The position numbers were made by a program, and so were the translations under genes. A stretch of DNA of 64,000 bases from Candidatus Deferrimicrobiaceae bacterium (GTDB lineage: Bacteria > Desulfobacterota > Deferrimicrobia > Deferrimicrobiales > Deferrimicrobiaceae), in NCBI GenBank assembly GCA_963792415.1, contig CAWBVY010000007.1:96001-160000 (forward strand). Reading direction: 5' to 3'. The notes under the pieces are model-generated. The model had not been told where the DNA came from and did not search any database. It saw only the letters and a list, made by a program, of their open reading frames with translations. This document shows positions 39,650 to 47,542 of this stretch, one piece after another (position 1 is the first letter of the stretch; every line of letters begins with the position of its first letter).

Positions 39650-40150
39650 ATGAAGACGAAGCTCGGTGCGACGGTTCTGGCGGCTGCTTTCCTTGCCGCG
39701 CTCGTCATACCAGGGACGGTCCTGGCGGGTGGCGGCGGGGGTGGCGGCAAGGGCGGCGGCGGTGCGGCCAACATGGGAGGGCAGTCCATCCGGACACAGA
39801 CCCAGACCTTGATGCGGAACCAGAGTCAGAACCAGAACCAGATGAAGTATCAGGGCCAGACCGGCGGTATGAAACAGAATCGCCTGGGGGACGCGCAAGG
39901 GGACCTGGACCGGACGCGCGCGCAGGATCGGGACCGGGATCAGGATCGTGACCGGGACCGGATCCACAAGGTGTCCGGCACGGGGCCCGCGGCGGCTACC
40001 GCGGAATCTGCGGCGGTGAGCGCCACCAGTGACAGGTCGGGGAAAGGAAACATGGGCGGTAATCTTTACGGTCCTGGCGACGGAACGGGGAATGCAGGTA
40101 TCGGCCCCGCGGACGGAACGGGATATGGGCCTGGGGAAAAAATCAAGTAG
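39650..40150 (+). CDS. Secreted low-complexity protein (Gly-rich, Q-x-Q and (D/Q)RDRD repeats, GDGTG motifs)
   Basis: AAGGAGG RBS; signal peptide; QTQTQ/NQSQNQNQ, QDRDRDQDRDRDR, YGPGDGTG...GPADGTGYGPG. Confidence 0.75.
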   Translation: MKTKLGATVLAAAFLAALVIPGTVLAGGGGGGGKGGGGAANMGGQSIRTQTQTLMRNQSQNQNQMKYQGQTGGMKQNRLGDAQGDLDRTRAQDRDRDQDRDRDRIHKVSGTGPAAATAESAAVSATSDRSGKGNMGGNLYGPGDGTGNAGIGPADGTGYGPGEKIK

Positions 40151-40154
40151 GGCG

Positions 40155-40709
40155 GTGAAAACCGGGCGCGGCAGGGCGGCGTTGTCCGCCCTGCTCCCCG
40201 GTTTTCTCTGCGTCCTGTTCCTCCTCCCCGCGGGCGGTGCCGCGCTGGCGGCCGGGGACGGGACGGCTCTGGAAGGGAGCGGGATCCTCTACCCCGGGGG
40301 ATTCGACCCGAACACGGTCGGGGAAGTGCGTGGAACGGCTCGTGGCGTCGACAAGCCGGAGCGGGGGCCGATCCGCTTCCGGCTGGATTCGGGGAAGGAG
40401 ACGTACACGGTCTTCGCCTCCCCGTCGTGGTATTGGGAGGACCTCCGGACGGAGATCCCCGAGGGCGCGGAGGTGAGCGTCCGCGGTTCCAAGACGCTCG
40501 GCCGCGACATGAGGATGTACATCATCGCCCAGGAGATCCGCGTCCTGCCCGCGGGACGGTCGTGGACGTTCCGGGAGCCGGACGGGTTCCCTCTCTGGAA
40601 AGGCGGCCGGGGAGGGGCGGGGATCGGAGTGGGCGGAGGGTCCGGATCACCGATGTTCCGGGGCGGCCCCGGCAGGGGGTCCGGCGGTGGAGGCGGGAAG
40701 GGCAGGTGA
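40155..40709 (+). CDS. Periplasmic OB-fold protein (resembles the MamS/MamX-like OB domain)
   Basis: Signal peptide; FDPNTV..V.G...TVFASPSWYW...G..V.VRGSK...IIAQEI...FREPDGFPLW. Confidence 0.55.
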   Translation: MKTGRGRAALSALLPGFLCVLFLLPAGGAALAAGDGTALEGSGILYPGGFDPNTVGEVRGTARGVDKPERGPIRFRLDSGKETYTVFASPSWYWEDLRTEIPEGAEVSVRGSKTLGRDMRMYIIAQEIRVLPAGRSWTFREPDGFPLWKGGRGGAGIGVGGGSGSPMFRGGPGRGSGGGGGKGR

Positions 40710-40737
40710 CGCCCGCGGGCGGGGAAAAGGGGGGGCC

Positions 40738-41613
40738 ATGGTGCAATGCACGATCCGGTTGCTGTTGCCCGTCATCTTTGCGGTCTTTCTGCTGTGGGGT
40801 GTGACGCCTGCGGGAGCCGGATGGGAGGCGGGGGCGAAGGGGGGGTACGACTCCAACCTGAGCCGGTCCATCGACGACGAGGAAGGGAGCGCGTACCTGT
40901 CGGTGCAGGGCGGATACGTGAAGGGCCACTCCGGGGAATCCCGGACGGACTGGACGATGGGGTTCTTCCTCGAAGGGGCCTTCTACCCCTCCATAGAGGA
41001 CATCGACTACGCTTCGGCGACGTTTTCCCCGGGCCTGGCGTACATCTTCCGCCCGGGATGGACGGGGGCGGTCACGCCGTTCCTGCAGGGGAAGGTGGTC
41101 CAGGATTCGGACCAGTCCGCCCTCGCGTTCGGGGTGAGGGTGGATTTCCTGCAGAAACCCGGGGGAAGGGCCTACCTCGGCGAATATTACGCCTACACGG
41201 ACAGCCGCGCCAGCAACGACGTCTACTCGTACAGGGAGAACGCCGTGGGGGCGTACCTCGGGATGCGCTGGTCCCCGGGATTCTTCACCGAGGTGGGGTA
41301 CGAATTCTCCCGGGGAGACTCGTTCCTGTCCGTCAAGGTCCCCGCGCCCCCGACGGGGGGCGGAGGAGCGGGGGGTCGTGGAGCGGGGTACGGAGGAGGG
41401 ATGCCGCAATATTCGAAGGCGTTCGATTCCATCGTGTTCAAGGAACAGGTTGACTCCCATTCCGTGCCGGTCACGGTCGGCTTCGACTGGACGCCACGGT
41501 GGTTTTCGAGCGTGAACTACACGTACAGGTCGTGGTCCGCAGAATCGGTGAAGGCGACCGACCATTCCGGGTATGCGGGAATCGGGTACCGATTCGGACT
41601 TCCTGATCGATGA
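40738..41613 (+). CDS. Outer-membrane beta-barrel protein
   Basis: Signal peptide; GYDSNL start motif; alternating aromatic beta-strands; near-terminal YAGIGYRF beta-signal. Confidence 0.7.
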   Translation: MVQCTIRLLLPVIFAVFLLWGVTPAGAGWEAGAKGGYDSNLSRSIDDEEGSAYLSVQGGYVKGHSGESRTDWTMGFFLEGAFYPSIEDIDYASATFSPGLAYIFRPGWTGAVTPFLQGKVVQDSDQSALAFGVRVDFLQKPGGRAYLGEYYAYTDSRASNDVYSYRENAVGAYLGMRWSPGFFTEVGYEFSRGDSFLSVKVPAPPTGGGGAGGRGAGYGGGMPQYSKAFDSIVFKEQVDSHSVPVTVGFDWTPRWFSSVNYTYRSWSAESVKATDHSGYAGIGYRFGLPDR

Positions 41614-41731
41614 GGAGGAACCCAGGAACTCCGCAAGCAGGCGGGAAGGAGGTGAGAGGGACGGCCACGGGGGCCGGTCCCACACGGGGTTGGTGAGAGG
41701 ACTCGACCATCATGGAGAATGGAGGGAACGC

Positions 41732-43081
41732 ATGAGGAAGTTCGCTTTTGGAATGGGCCTTCTGGTATTTTCAGCAACGCTGTCGGCCCAAGCCTACGCT
41801 GCGGGATCTTCCCACGCCGATTACGTCAAGAAGTACGAGGGCACTGCCACCTGCACCGCCGCATCCTGTCATGAAGGGGCTGCGAAAGAGGTGGCGGAGA
41901 GCCTGCACTACCAGCAGCGCGCGGTCCCGCAGTTTCTGGAGGGCTGGGAGGCAGGCAAATTTGCGGGAATGATGGAATCGTATTGAGCGCCGCCCAACAC
42001 GGTGGTGGGGCATAACTGGATCGGGATCCTCCAACCCAGGGATGCCTCGAAGCCGGCGCAGCCAGGTGGCTGCGTACAATGTCACGCGGGACTCGGCGCC
42101 AAGCCCAACCCGGTCGGGAAGCTGACGGAGGCGGATTACAACAACATCGATTGCCTTCTTTGCCACGTTCCAGGGTACAAGCGGACGGTGGTCAAGGAGG
42201 GGGACAGGTTCCGGATCGCGCCGGACCCGTCCATCGATGTCCTGAAAGCGGCGCAATCGGTCCAAAAACCCACGAATGAGACATGCCTCCGGTGCCACGC
42301 GGCGGCCGGCGGCGGGCCCAACCACAAGCACGGCGTCATCCCGACGAAAGACAGCGACGTCCACGTTGCGAATGGGATGCAGTGCCTCGATTGCCATATT
42401 GCCAGGAATCACAAGATCGCCGGGGGTTCCGACCTCAAGGCCCAGGAACTCCTCGACGTCAAGGTCGCCTGCGAGAACTGCCACTCCACCCCTCACAAGG
42501 GGGGGAAGGCGAAGATCCTGGACCGGCATGCGGTCCGGATCGCCTGCCAGACGTGCCACATCCCGGCGATCGCCCGGGACCCCAAGATGCCCACGGCGGT
42601 TGAGCGCGACTGGACGAAACCCGTGCTCAACGAGAAGACCGGGCTCTACGGGCCGACCAGCAAGATGGCCGGGAACCTCCGTCCCGAGTACGCATGGTGG
42701 AACCGTTTCATGAAGGTTCCGCCGGAGCCGGCGGGTTCCATCGCCGATCCGAAATCGAAGATCTATCCCTGGAAGCGGACGGAGTACACGGTCATCGCGG
42801 ATGCGGCGACCGGCAAGCCGATCTACATCAAGTCGGGTGTTTACGCCATCACCGGCGACCCCGGGGCTGCGGCGAAGAAGGGGGCGGAGGACGGGAAGCA
42901 GGAGTACAGCGGCAACTGGAAAGGTGTCAAGGAAACGATGGTGTTTTCCATGAACCATCAGGTCGCACCGAAGGGCGAGGCCCTGAAGTGCAAGTCCTGC
43001 CATTCCTCGAAGGGCGTGCTCGATTTCAAGAAGTTGGGGTACGACGAGGAAAAGACCGGGAAACTGAGCGGCGGTTACTAA
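41732..43081 (+). CDS. Periplasmic octaheme cytochrome c, tetrathionate reductase (Otr)-like; probable selenoprotein (in-frame UGA at codon 85)
   Basis: ORFs 41573-41986 and 42002-43081 share one frame; signal peptide; CTAASCH plus 7 CxxCH; Otr-like motifs IDCLLCH, GGG..HKHG, DVH, ACQTCHIP..AR, SKIYP.K, NHQVAPK..AL.C..CH; SECIS-like hairpin after the TGA. Confidence 0.8.
41992..42011 (+). promoter_or_regulatory. Candidate bacterial SECIS element
   Basis: GCCC-AA-CAC-[GGUG]-GUG-GGGC hairpin just 3' of the UGA; 4-nt apical loop starting GGU, 17 nt from the U of UGA. Confidence 0.6.
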
Positions 43082-43261
43082 CGTACGGGTCGGTTGCGGG
43101 CGGGGCGGCCTCCGGGCTTCCCCGCCCTTGATATTCCGACCTCTCCCCCGCCTGGTTGAGGGTACGCTAATGGTAAGATTCAACGAAACAAACCTGGAAA
43201 TGGGACCGTTGAAGATCGGAGTTCCGCTCACCGGGGGAAAAACATTGCAGGTTGAATCGTC

Positions 43262-44656
43262 ATGCCCGTGAACAGGAAAAGAGAAAGAAAGCCCGAAACG
43301 CGGGCTCCTACGGATGCCATTCTGGAAAGCATCTCCGACGGCGTCTTCACGGTCGACCTGGAATGGCGGATCACCTCGTTCAATCGTGCGGCCGAGAAAA
43401 TCACGGGGATGTCCCGGAAAGAGGCGATCGGCCGGCTCTGCCCCGAGGTGTTCCGCTCCAGCATGTGCGAGGCCGAATGCGCGCTGCGGCGCACCCTGAA
43501 GACCGGCAAGCCCGTGATCGGCCGGTCGGGTTTCATCATCGACGCGGAGGGAGCCCGCATCCCCATCAGCGTATCCACGGCGGTGCTTCGGGACGCCGGA
43601 GGTCGTGTCGTGGGGGGCGCGGAGACCTTCCGCGACCTGAGCGAGGTCGAGGCGTTGCGCCGCGAACTCGAGGGGAAGTTCCGCATCGGCGACCTGATCA
43701 GCCGCAGCCCCGTCGTGCAGAAGGTGATCGAAGTCCTTCCCGCCATCGCCGCCAGTCCCAGCACGGTGCTCCTTCTCGGCGAAACGGGGACCGGCAAGGA
43801 ACTGGTGGCGCGGACGATTCACTCCTTGAGCGCGCAACGCAAGGGCCCATTCGTCGCGGTCAACTGCGGCGCCCTCCCGGATACGCTTCTGGAATCGGAG
43901 CTGTTCGGCTACAAGGCGGGGGCGTTCACCGGGGCGACCCGGGACAAGCCCGGGCGTTTCGCGGTAGCCAGGGGGGGGACCCTCTTCCTCGACGAGATCG
44001 GCGAGGTGAGCCCAGCCTTGCAGGTCCGCCTGTTGCGGGTGCTCCAGGAGCGGACCTACGAGCCGCTGGGCGCGACCCGCTCCGAGACGACGGACGCCCG
44101 GATCATCGTCGCCACCAACAAGGATCTGGCGGAACAGACCCGCAAAGGGGCATTCCGGGAGGACCTCTATTACCGCGTGAACGTGGTGCGCATCGAACTG
44201 CCCCCGCTGCGCCGAAGGAAGGAGGACATCCCTTTCCTCGTGGACCAGTTCGTCGCCCGGTTCAACCGGTTGCAGGAGAAAAACGTGCCGGGAATCGCCG
44301 CGGAAGCGTTGTCGCTCCTGATGGCCCATGATTGGCCGGGAAATATCCGCGAACTGGAAAACGCCATCGAGCGCGCCTTCATTCTCTGCAACGAGGGGGA
44401 CATCGGCATCGGGCATCTGCCCGAGGAATTGACGGCACACGGCGCATCGGCGGGAGTGGGTTCCGATGTGCGGTCCTCCCACGACATTCTCGACGCCCGG
44501 GCGATTCGCGCCGCCCTCGAACGCAACGCCTTCAACCGCCTGGCGTCGGCGAAGGAGCTCGGCATCCACAAGACCACGCTTTTCCGCAGAATGAGAAAAC
44601 TGGGAATCTCCCTTCCCGAGCGGGACGGCCGCACCCGTCGGACGCGGATACAGTAG
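43262..44656 (+). CDS. PAS-domain sigma54-dependent transcriptional activator
   Basis: PAS ([13 protein letters not shown]...[10 protein letters not shown]), [29 protein letters not shown]. Confidence 0.92.
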   Translation: MPVNRKRERKPETRAPTDAILESISDGVFTVDLEWRITSFNRAAEKITGMSRKEAIGRLCPEVFRSSMCEAECALRRTLKTGKPVIGRSGFIIDAEGARIPISVSTAVLRDAGGRVVGGAETFRDLSEVEALRRELEGKFRIGDLISRSPVVQKVIEVLPAIAASPSTVLLLGETGTGKELVARTIHSLSAQRKGPFVAVNCGALPDTLLESELFGYKAGAFTGATRDKPGRFAVARGGTLFLDEIGEVSPALQVRLLRVLQERTYEPLGATRSETTDARIIVATNKDLAEQTRKGAFREDLYYRVNVVRIELPPLRRRKEDIPFLVDQFVARFNRLQEKNVPGIAAEALSLLMAHDWPGNIRELENAIERAFILCNEGDIGIGHLPEELTAHGASAGVGSDVRSSHDILDARAIRAALERNAFNRLASAKELGIHKTTLFRRMRKLGISLPERDGRTRRTRIQ

Positions 44657-44788
44657 CGTTCTCGCAGTTATATTCCGTTCCTTCAGTAGCGTATCTGCAA
44701 CCTTGCGCCAGCCCGGCACGCTCCGGCCCCGCTATAGATCACGTTTCATCACAGTACCTTAGGCCGTTCTGATCCCATGGGTCCGTGT

Positions 44789-44804
44789 TGGCACGGCGAA
44801 TGCT
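44789..44804 (+). promoter_or_regulatory. sigma54 -24/-12 promoter (candidate UAS repeats at 44653-44668 and 44686-44701)
   Basis: TGGCACGGCGAATGCT; GG (44790) and GC (44802); two upstream GTAGCGT..GCA repeats 33 bp apart. Confidence 0.7.
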
Positions 44805-44839
44805 CTCTAGCCATGCGGAAAGGAGGCGAAAGACGTCGA

Positions 44840-45451
44840 ATGATGAAAACGGCGTTTGCAACCTGGGACGATCGGATCGCGCCGGTGTTCGACATCGCAC
44901 GGCGGATTCACGTCGTCGAGGCCGAGTCGGGGCGGATCGTCTCTGAAGCAGGGGAAGTCCTGGCGGAGGACCTGCCGGCCCAAAAGGCGCATCGTCTGGT
45001 GGAACTTGGCGTCGGTACGCTGGTTTGCGGCGCGATCTCCAGGCCGTTCCATGAGATGGTCGCCGCTTATGGCATCCGGGTGATCCCGTTCGTCGCCGGC
45101 GACCTGAGCGAGGTCATACAGGCCTGGCTCGGTGGCGACCTGGAGCGCGACACCTTTGCCATGCCCGGTTGCTCCGGTCGCGGCCGGGGCCGCCGTCGTG
45201 GAATGCTCACTACCGGAAAGGAGGACATGACAATGCCAAGAGGAGATGGAACCGGACCCAAGGGGTTGGGCGGAGGAAAGGGGCAAGGTCACGTTGGGCA
45301 GGGCCGAGGTCGCATGGGAGGTCCCCTCGCGGGAGGCCCTGTCGGCACCTGCCTGTGTCCGGAATGCGGGCATCGCGAACCGCATGAACGCGGAGCGCCC
45401 TGCACACAGAAGAAGTGCCCGAAGTGTGGAACCACCATGACAAGGCAATAA
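44840..45451 (+). CDS. NifB/NifX-family protein fused to a Gly-rich DUF5320-like / Zn-ribbon module
   Basis: RIAPVFD...LVCGAIS...VIPFVAG...FAMPGC; C-terminal MPRGDGTGP...CLCPECG...CTQKKCPKCG. Confidence 0.8.
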   Translation: MMKTAFATWDDRIAPVFDIARRIHVVEAESGRIVSEAGEVLAEDLPAQKAHRLVELGVGTLVCGAISRPFHEMVAAYGIRVIPFVAGDLSEVIQAWLGGDLERDTFAMPGCSGRGRGRRRGMLTTGKEDMTMPRGDGTGPKGLGGGKGQGHVGQGRGRMGGPLAGGPVGTCLCPECGHREPHERGAPCTQKKCPKCGTTMTRQ

Positions 45452-45632
45452 CAAGCAATCCTTACGAAAGGAGGATACGACAATACCGGACGGAATGGGG
45501 ATCATCATGCCGCGGACGCACTCCTGTACCTCGCAAGAGGAACAAGGAAGGTTGCAAAGACGGGGGGAGATGAAAGATGATGGATTGAAACAGTGCGCGC
45601 CCACGGTTTTCTTCGAACCGAAGGGGATGGAT

Positions 45633-46100
45633 ATGGAAAACCCTTTTCGATGTCCGGTCTGCAACACCCTTCTGGAAGAGGACCGGGACGCGGGGTTCAA
45701 GATCCCGCCGAAGTGCCCCTACCTGAATACCTTGTATCCGGAGATGTGCTCCCTTCACGATAAGCTCTATTTCGGAAAATGGAGAAAGATGGAAGCCAAC
45801 CCGAACGAAATTAAAAGGGCGTACACGAAGCTCGGGCAACTGTTGTCCCGGGTGAAAGCGGTCGTTCGGGAGGAAAATATCGTGCAGGGCGGGCAGGATG
45901 TCCGGAAAGCGTCCGATGCCTTGTCGATGGCAAACCCGGAGGAGGAGCCCTACGCATCCGTGATGCATATGGATCAGGCGCTCTCCTACATTCACCACGC
46001 GATCAACGATCTGTTGCAGGGAAAACAGGCGAAGCTCCATTCGCCTGCCGATTACGAAATGCACTACGATGTCGTTCTCCCGTTCAAGGAAGACCTGTAG
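45633..46100 (+). CDS. Hypothetical protein with N-terminal CxxC
   Basis: Open frame with protein-like composition, FRCPVC; AAGGGG RBS; start uncertain (45570/45627/45633). Confidence 0.55.
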   Translation: MENPFRCPVCNTLLEEDRDAGFKIPPKCPYLNTLYPEMCSLHDKLYFGKWRKMEANPNEIKRAYTKLGQLLSRVKAVVREENIVQGGQDVRKASDALSMANPEEEPYASVMHMDQALSYIHHAINDLLQGKQAKLHSPADYEMHYDVVLPFKEDL

Positions 46101-46177
46101 GATTCTCCGGGAGTACGGCGCCAAGCGCGTCCACGATATCCGGCGAGAGGCCGATGACGCAGGGGAGGTCTACCCTT

Positions 46178-46444
46178 ATGTCCGGGATCACGGCGCAAGT
46201 GAGCCTTTACCCGCTGGGCGAAAACGATCTGTCTCCGGCGATCGACGCCGCGATCGGGGAGCTCGACCGGCACGGGCTCGAACGGCAGACCGGGGCGATG
46301 AGCACCGTGGTGTGCGGCGACGACGAGAAGGTGTTCTCCGCGCTTCTCGACGCCTTCCGCGGAGCCGCCGCGCGCGGTCAGGCGGTCATGGTGGTCACGG
46401 TGTCCAACGCGTGTCCCTGGCCCGGCAAGGGTGGATCCCGGTAG
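46178..46444 (+). CDS. YkoF / thiamine-binding-family protein
   Basis: AQVSLYPL...TGAMSTVV.GD...VF..L pattern. Confidence 0.75.
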   Translation: MSGITAQVSLYPLGENDLSPAIDAAIGELDRHGLERQTGAMSTVVCGDDEKVFSALLDAFRGAAARGQAVMVVTVSNACPWPGKGGSR

Positions 46445-46513
46445 GGACAAGAGGGTGATGGCGAAGATCGGGCCATTCGAAGAAAACGCCGGGAAGCCGG
46501 GCGGACAAGCAGG

Positions 46514-47383
46514 ATGACCCGATACGCCACCGGCGTCTTCTATCACCCGTCCTTTTCCCGGCGCAGCTACCTGACGGTCGGGACGCGGCTGGCCGATTTT
46601 CCCATGGCGCTGGACGGGGTTCTGCGGGAGGACCGGGTCAAGCTCTACGAGCCGGGGCCCGTTTCGCGGGAATTGGTCCTGAAGGTCCACACCCCGGGGC
46701 TGATCGAAGGGGTGAAGGGGGATCCGCTCTGCTCGACCGCCTGGCATTCGGCGGGCGGCGTGGTGATGGCGGGGGAGAAGATCGCCGAAGGGGAGACCGG
46801 CAACGCCTTCGCCTTCATCGGCGCCGGCGGGCACCACTCCGGCCGGGACTTCTTCGGGGGGTACTGCTGCTTCAACGACGTCGCGCTCTGCGTCGTCAAC
46901 CTGCGGGAGAAGCACGGCTTCCGTCGGTTCGCGATCCTCGACACCGACGCGCACCACGGCGACGGCACGCGGGAGCTCTTCCTCGGCGACCCCGACATCC
47001 TCCACGTCTGTGTCTGCGGAATGGAGTACGAATCACCCGACAAGACGAAGGTGGACGTGGCGTTTCCCGACTCCCGGGAGTGCGCGGGCGGGCGAACGAT
47101 GAACGACGCCTACTTCGACCGGGTGTCGCAACGGTTCCCGGACCGTGTCCGCCGGTTCCGTCCCGACCTCCTCTTCTGGTACTTCGGATTCGACACCCAT
47201 CAGGGCGACTACGGCGACATCGGCCTCACCGGGCCGTGCTACTGGAACATCGCCTGCCTGATGCGGGATCTCGCGGGGGAGGTCTGCGGGGGGAAGCTCG
47301 CGGTGGTGCTGGGGGGCGGCTCCCATACGAAGCTGGCGACGTACCTGATCCCGCCGGTCATCGAGCGGCTGGCGGGGTCGTAG
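46514..47383 (+). CDS. Histone deacetylase-family amidohydrolase
   Basis: GGHHSG, GYCCFNDVA, ILDTDAHHGDGT, FGFDTHQGD. Confidence 0.85.
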   Translation: MTRYATGVFYHPSFSRRSYLTVGTRLADFPMALDGVLREDRVKLYEPGPVSRELVLKVHTPGLIEGVKGDPLCSTAWHSAGGVVMAGEKIAEGETGNAFAFIGAGGHHSGRDFFGGYCCFNDVALCVVNLREKHGFRRFAILDTDAHHGDGTRELFLGDPDILHVCVCGMEYESPDKTKVDVAFPDSRECAGGRTMNDAYFDRVSQRFPDRVRRFRPDLLFWYFGFDTHQGDYGDIGLTGPCYWNIACLMRDLAGEVCGGKLAVVLGGGSHTKLATYLIPPVIERLAGS

Positions 47384-47447
47384 CGGTAGCACAGATATCT
47401 CCATACTTCCGGATAATTGCATATAAATACCCCCAGAAATAAAACAA

Positions 47448-47461
47448 TTGACCTTCGTCAA
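47448..47461. promoter_or_regulatory. HcpR (Crp/Fnr family) binding site
   Basis: Perfect TTGAC-N4-GTCAA palindrome about 80 bp upstream of hcp. Confidence 0.7.
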
Positions 47462-47542
47462 GGCGCGCGTTTTATTCCGGGAGTATCCTCTCTTTCAGCT
47501 GGCCGACGATCGCCATCACCAACTACTTGAGGAGGACACACC

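Noticed and set aside
39920-39962. Short tandem DNA repeat (CAGGATCGGGACCGGGAT-like) as CRISPR or VNTR
   Set aside because: It encodes the QDRDRD protein repeat; no spacers or cas genes. No CRISPR array was seen anywhere in the window.
40155-40709. Magnetosome gene inferred from the MamS/MamX-like OB fold
   Set aside because: No other mam genes and no magnetochrome heme motifs; the fold occurs widely outside magnetotactic bacteria.
41573-41986. Treating the cytochrome as two separate genes or a pseudogene
   Set aside because: Same frame, TGA at a Cys-equivalent position, a SECIS-like hairpin, and a downstream part with no export signal. Readthrough is the simpler explanation, though unproven.
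44840-45230. Nitrogen fixation inferred from the NifX-like gene
   Set aside because: No nifHDK in the window; this family is widespread in non-diazotrophs.
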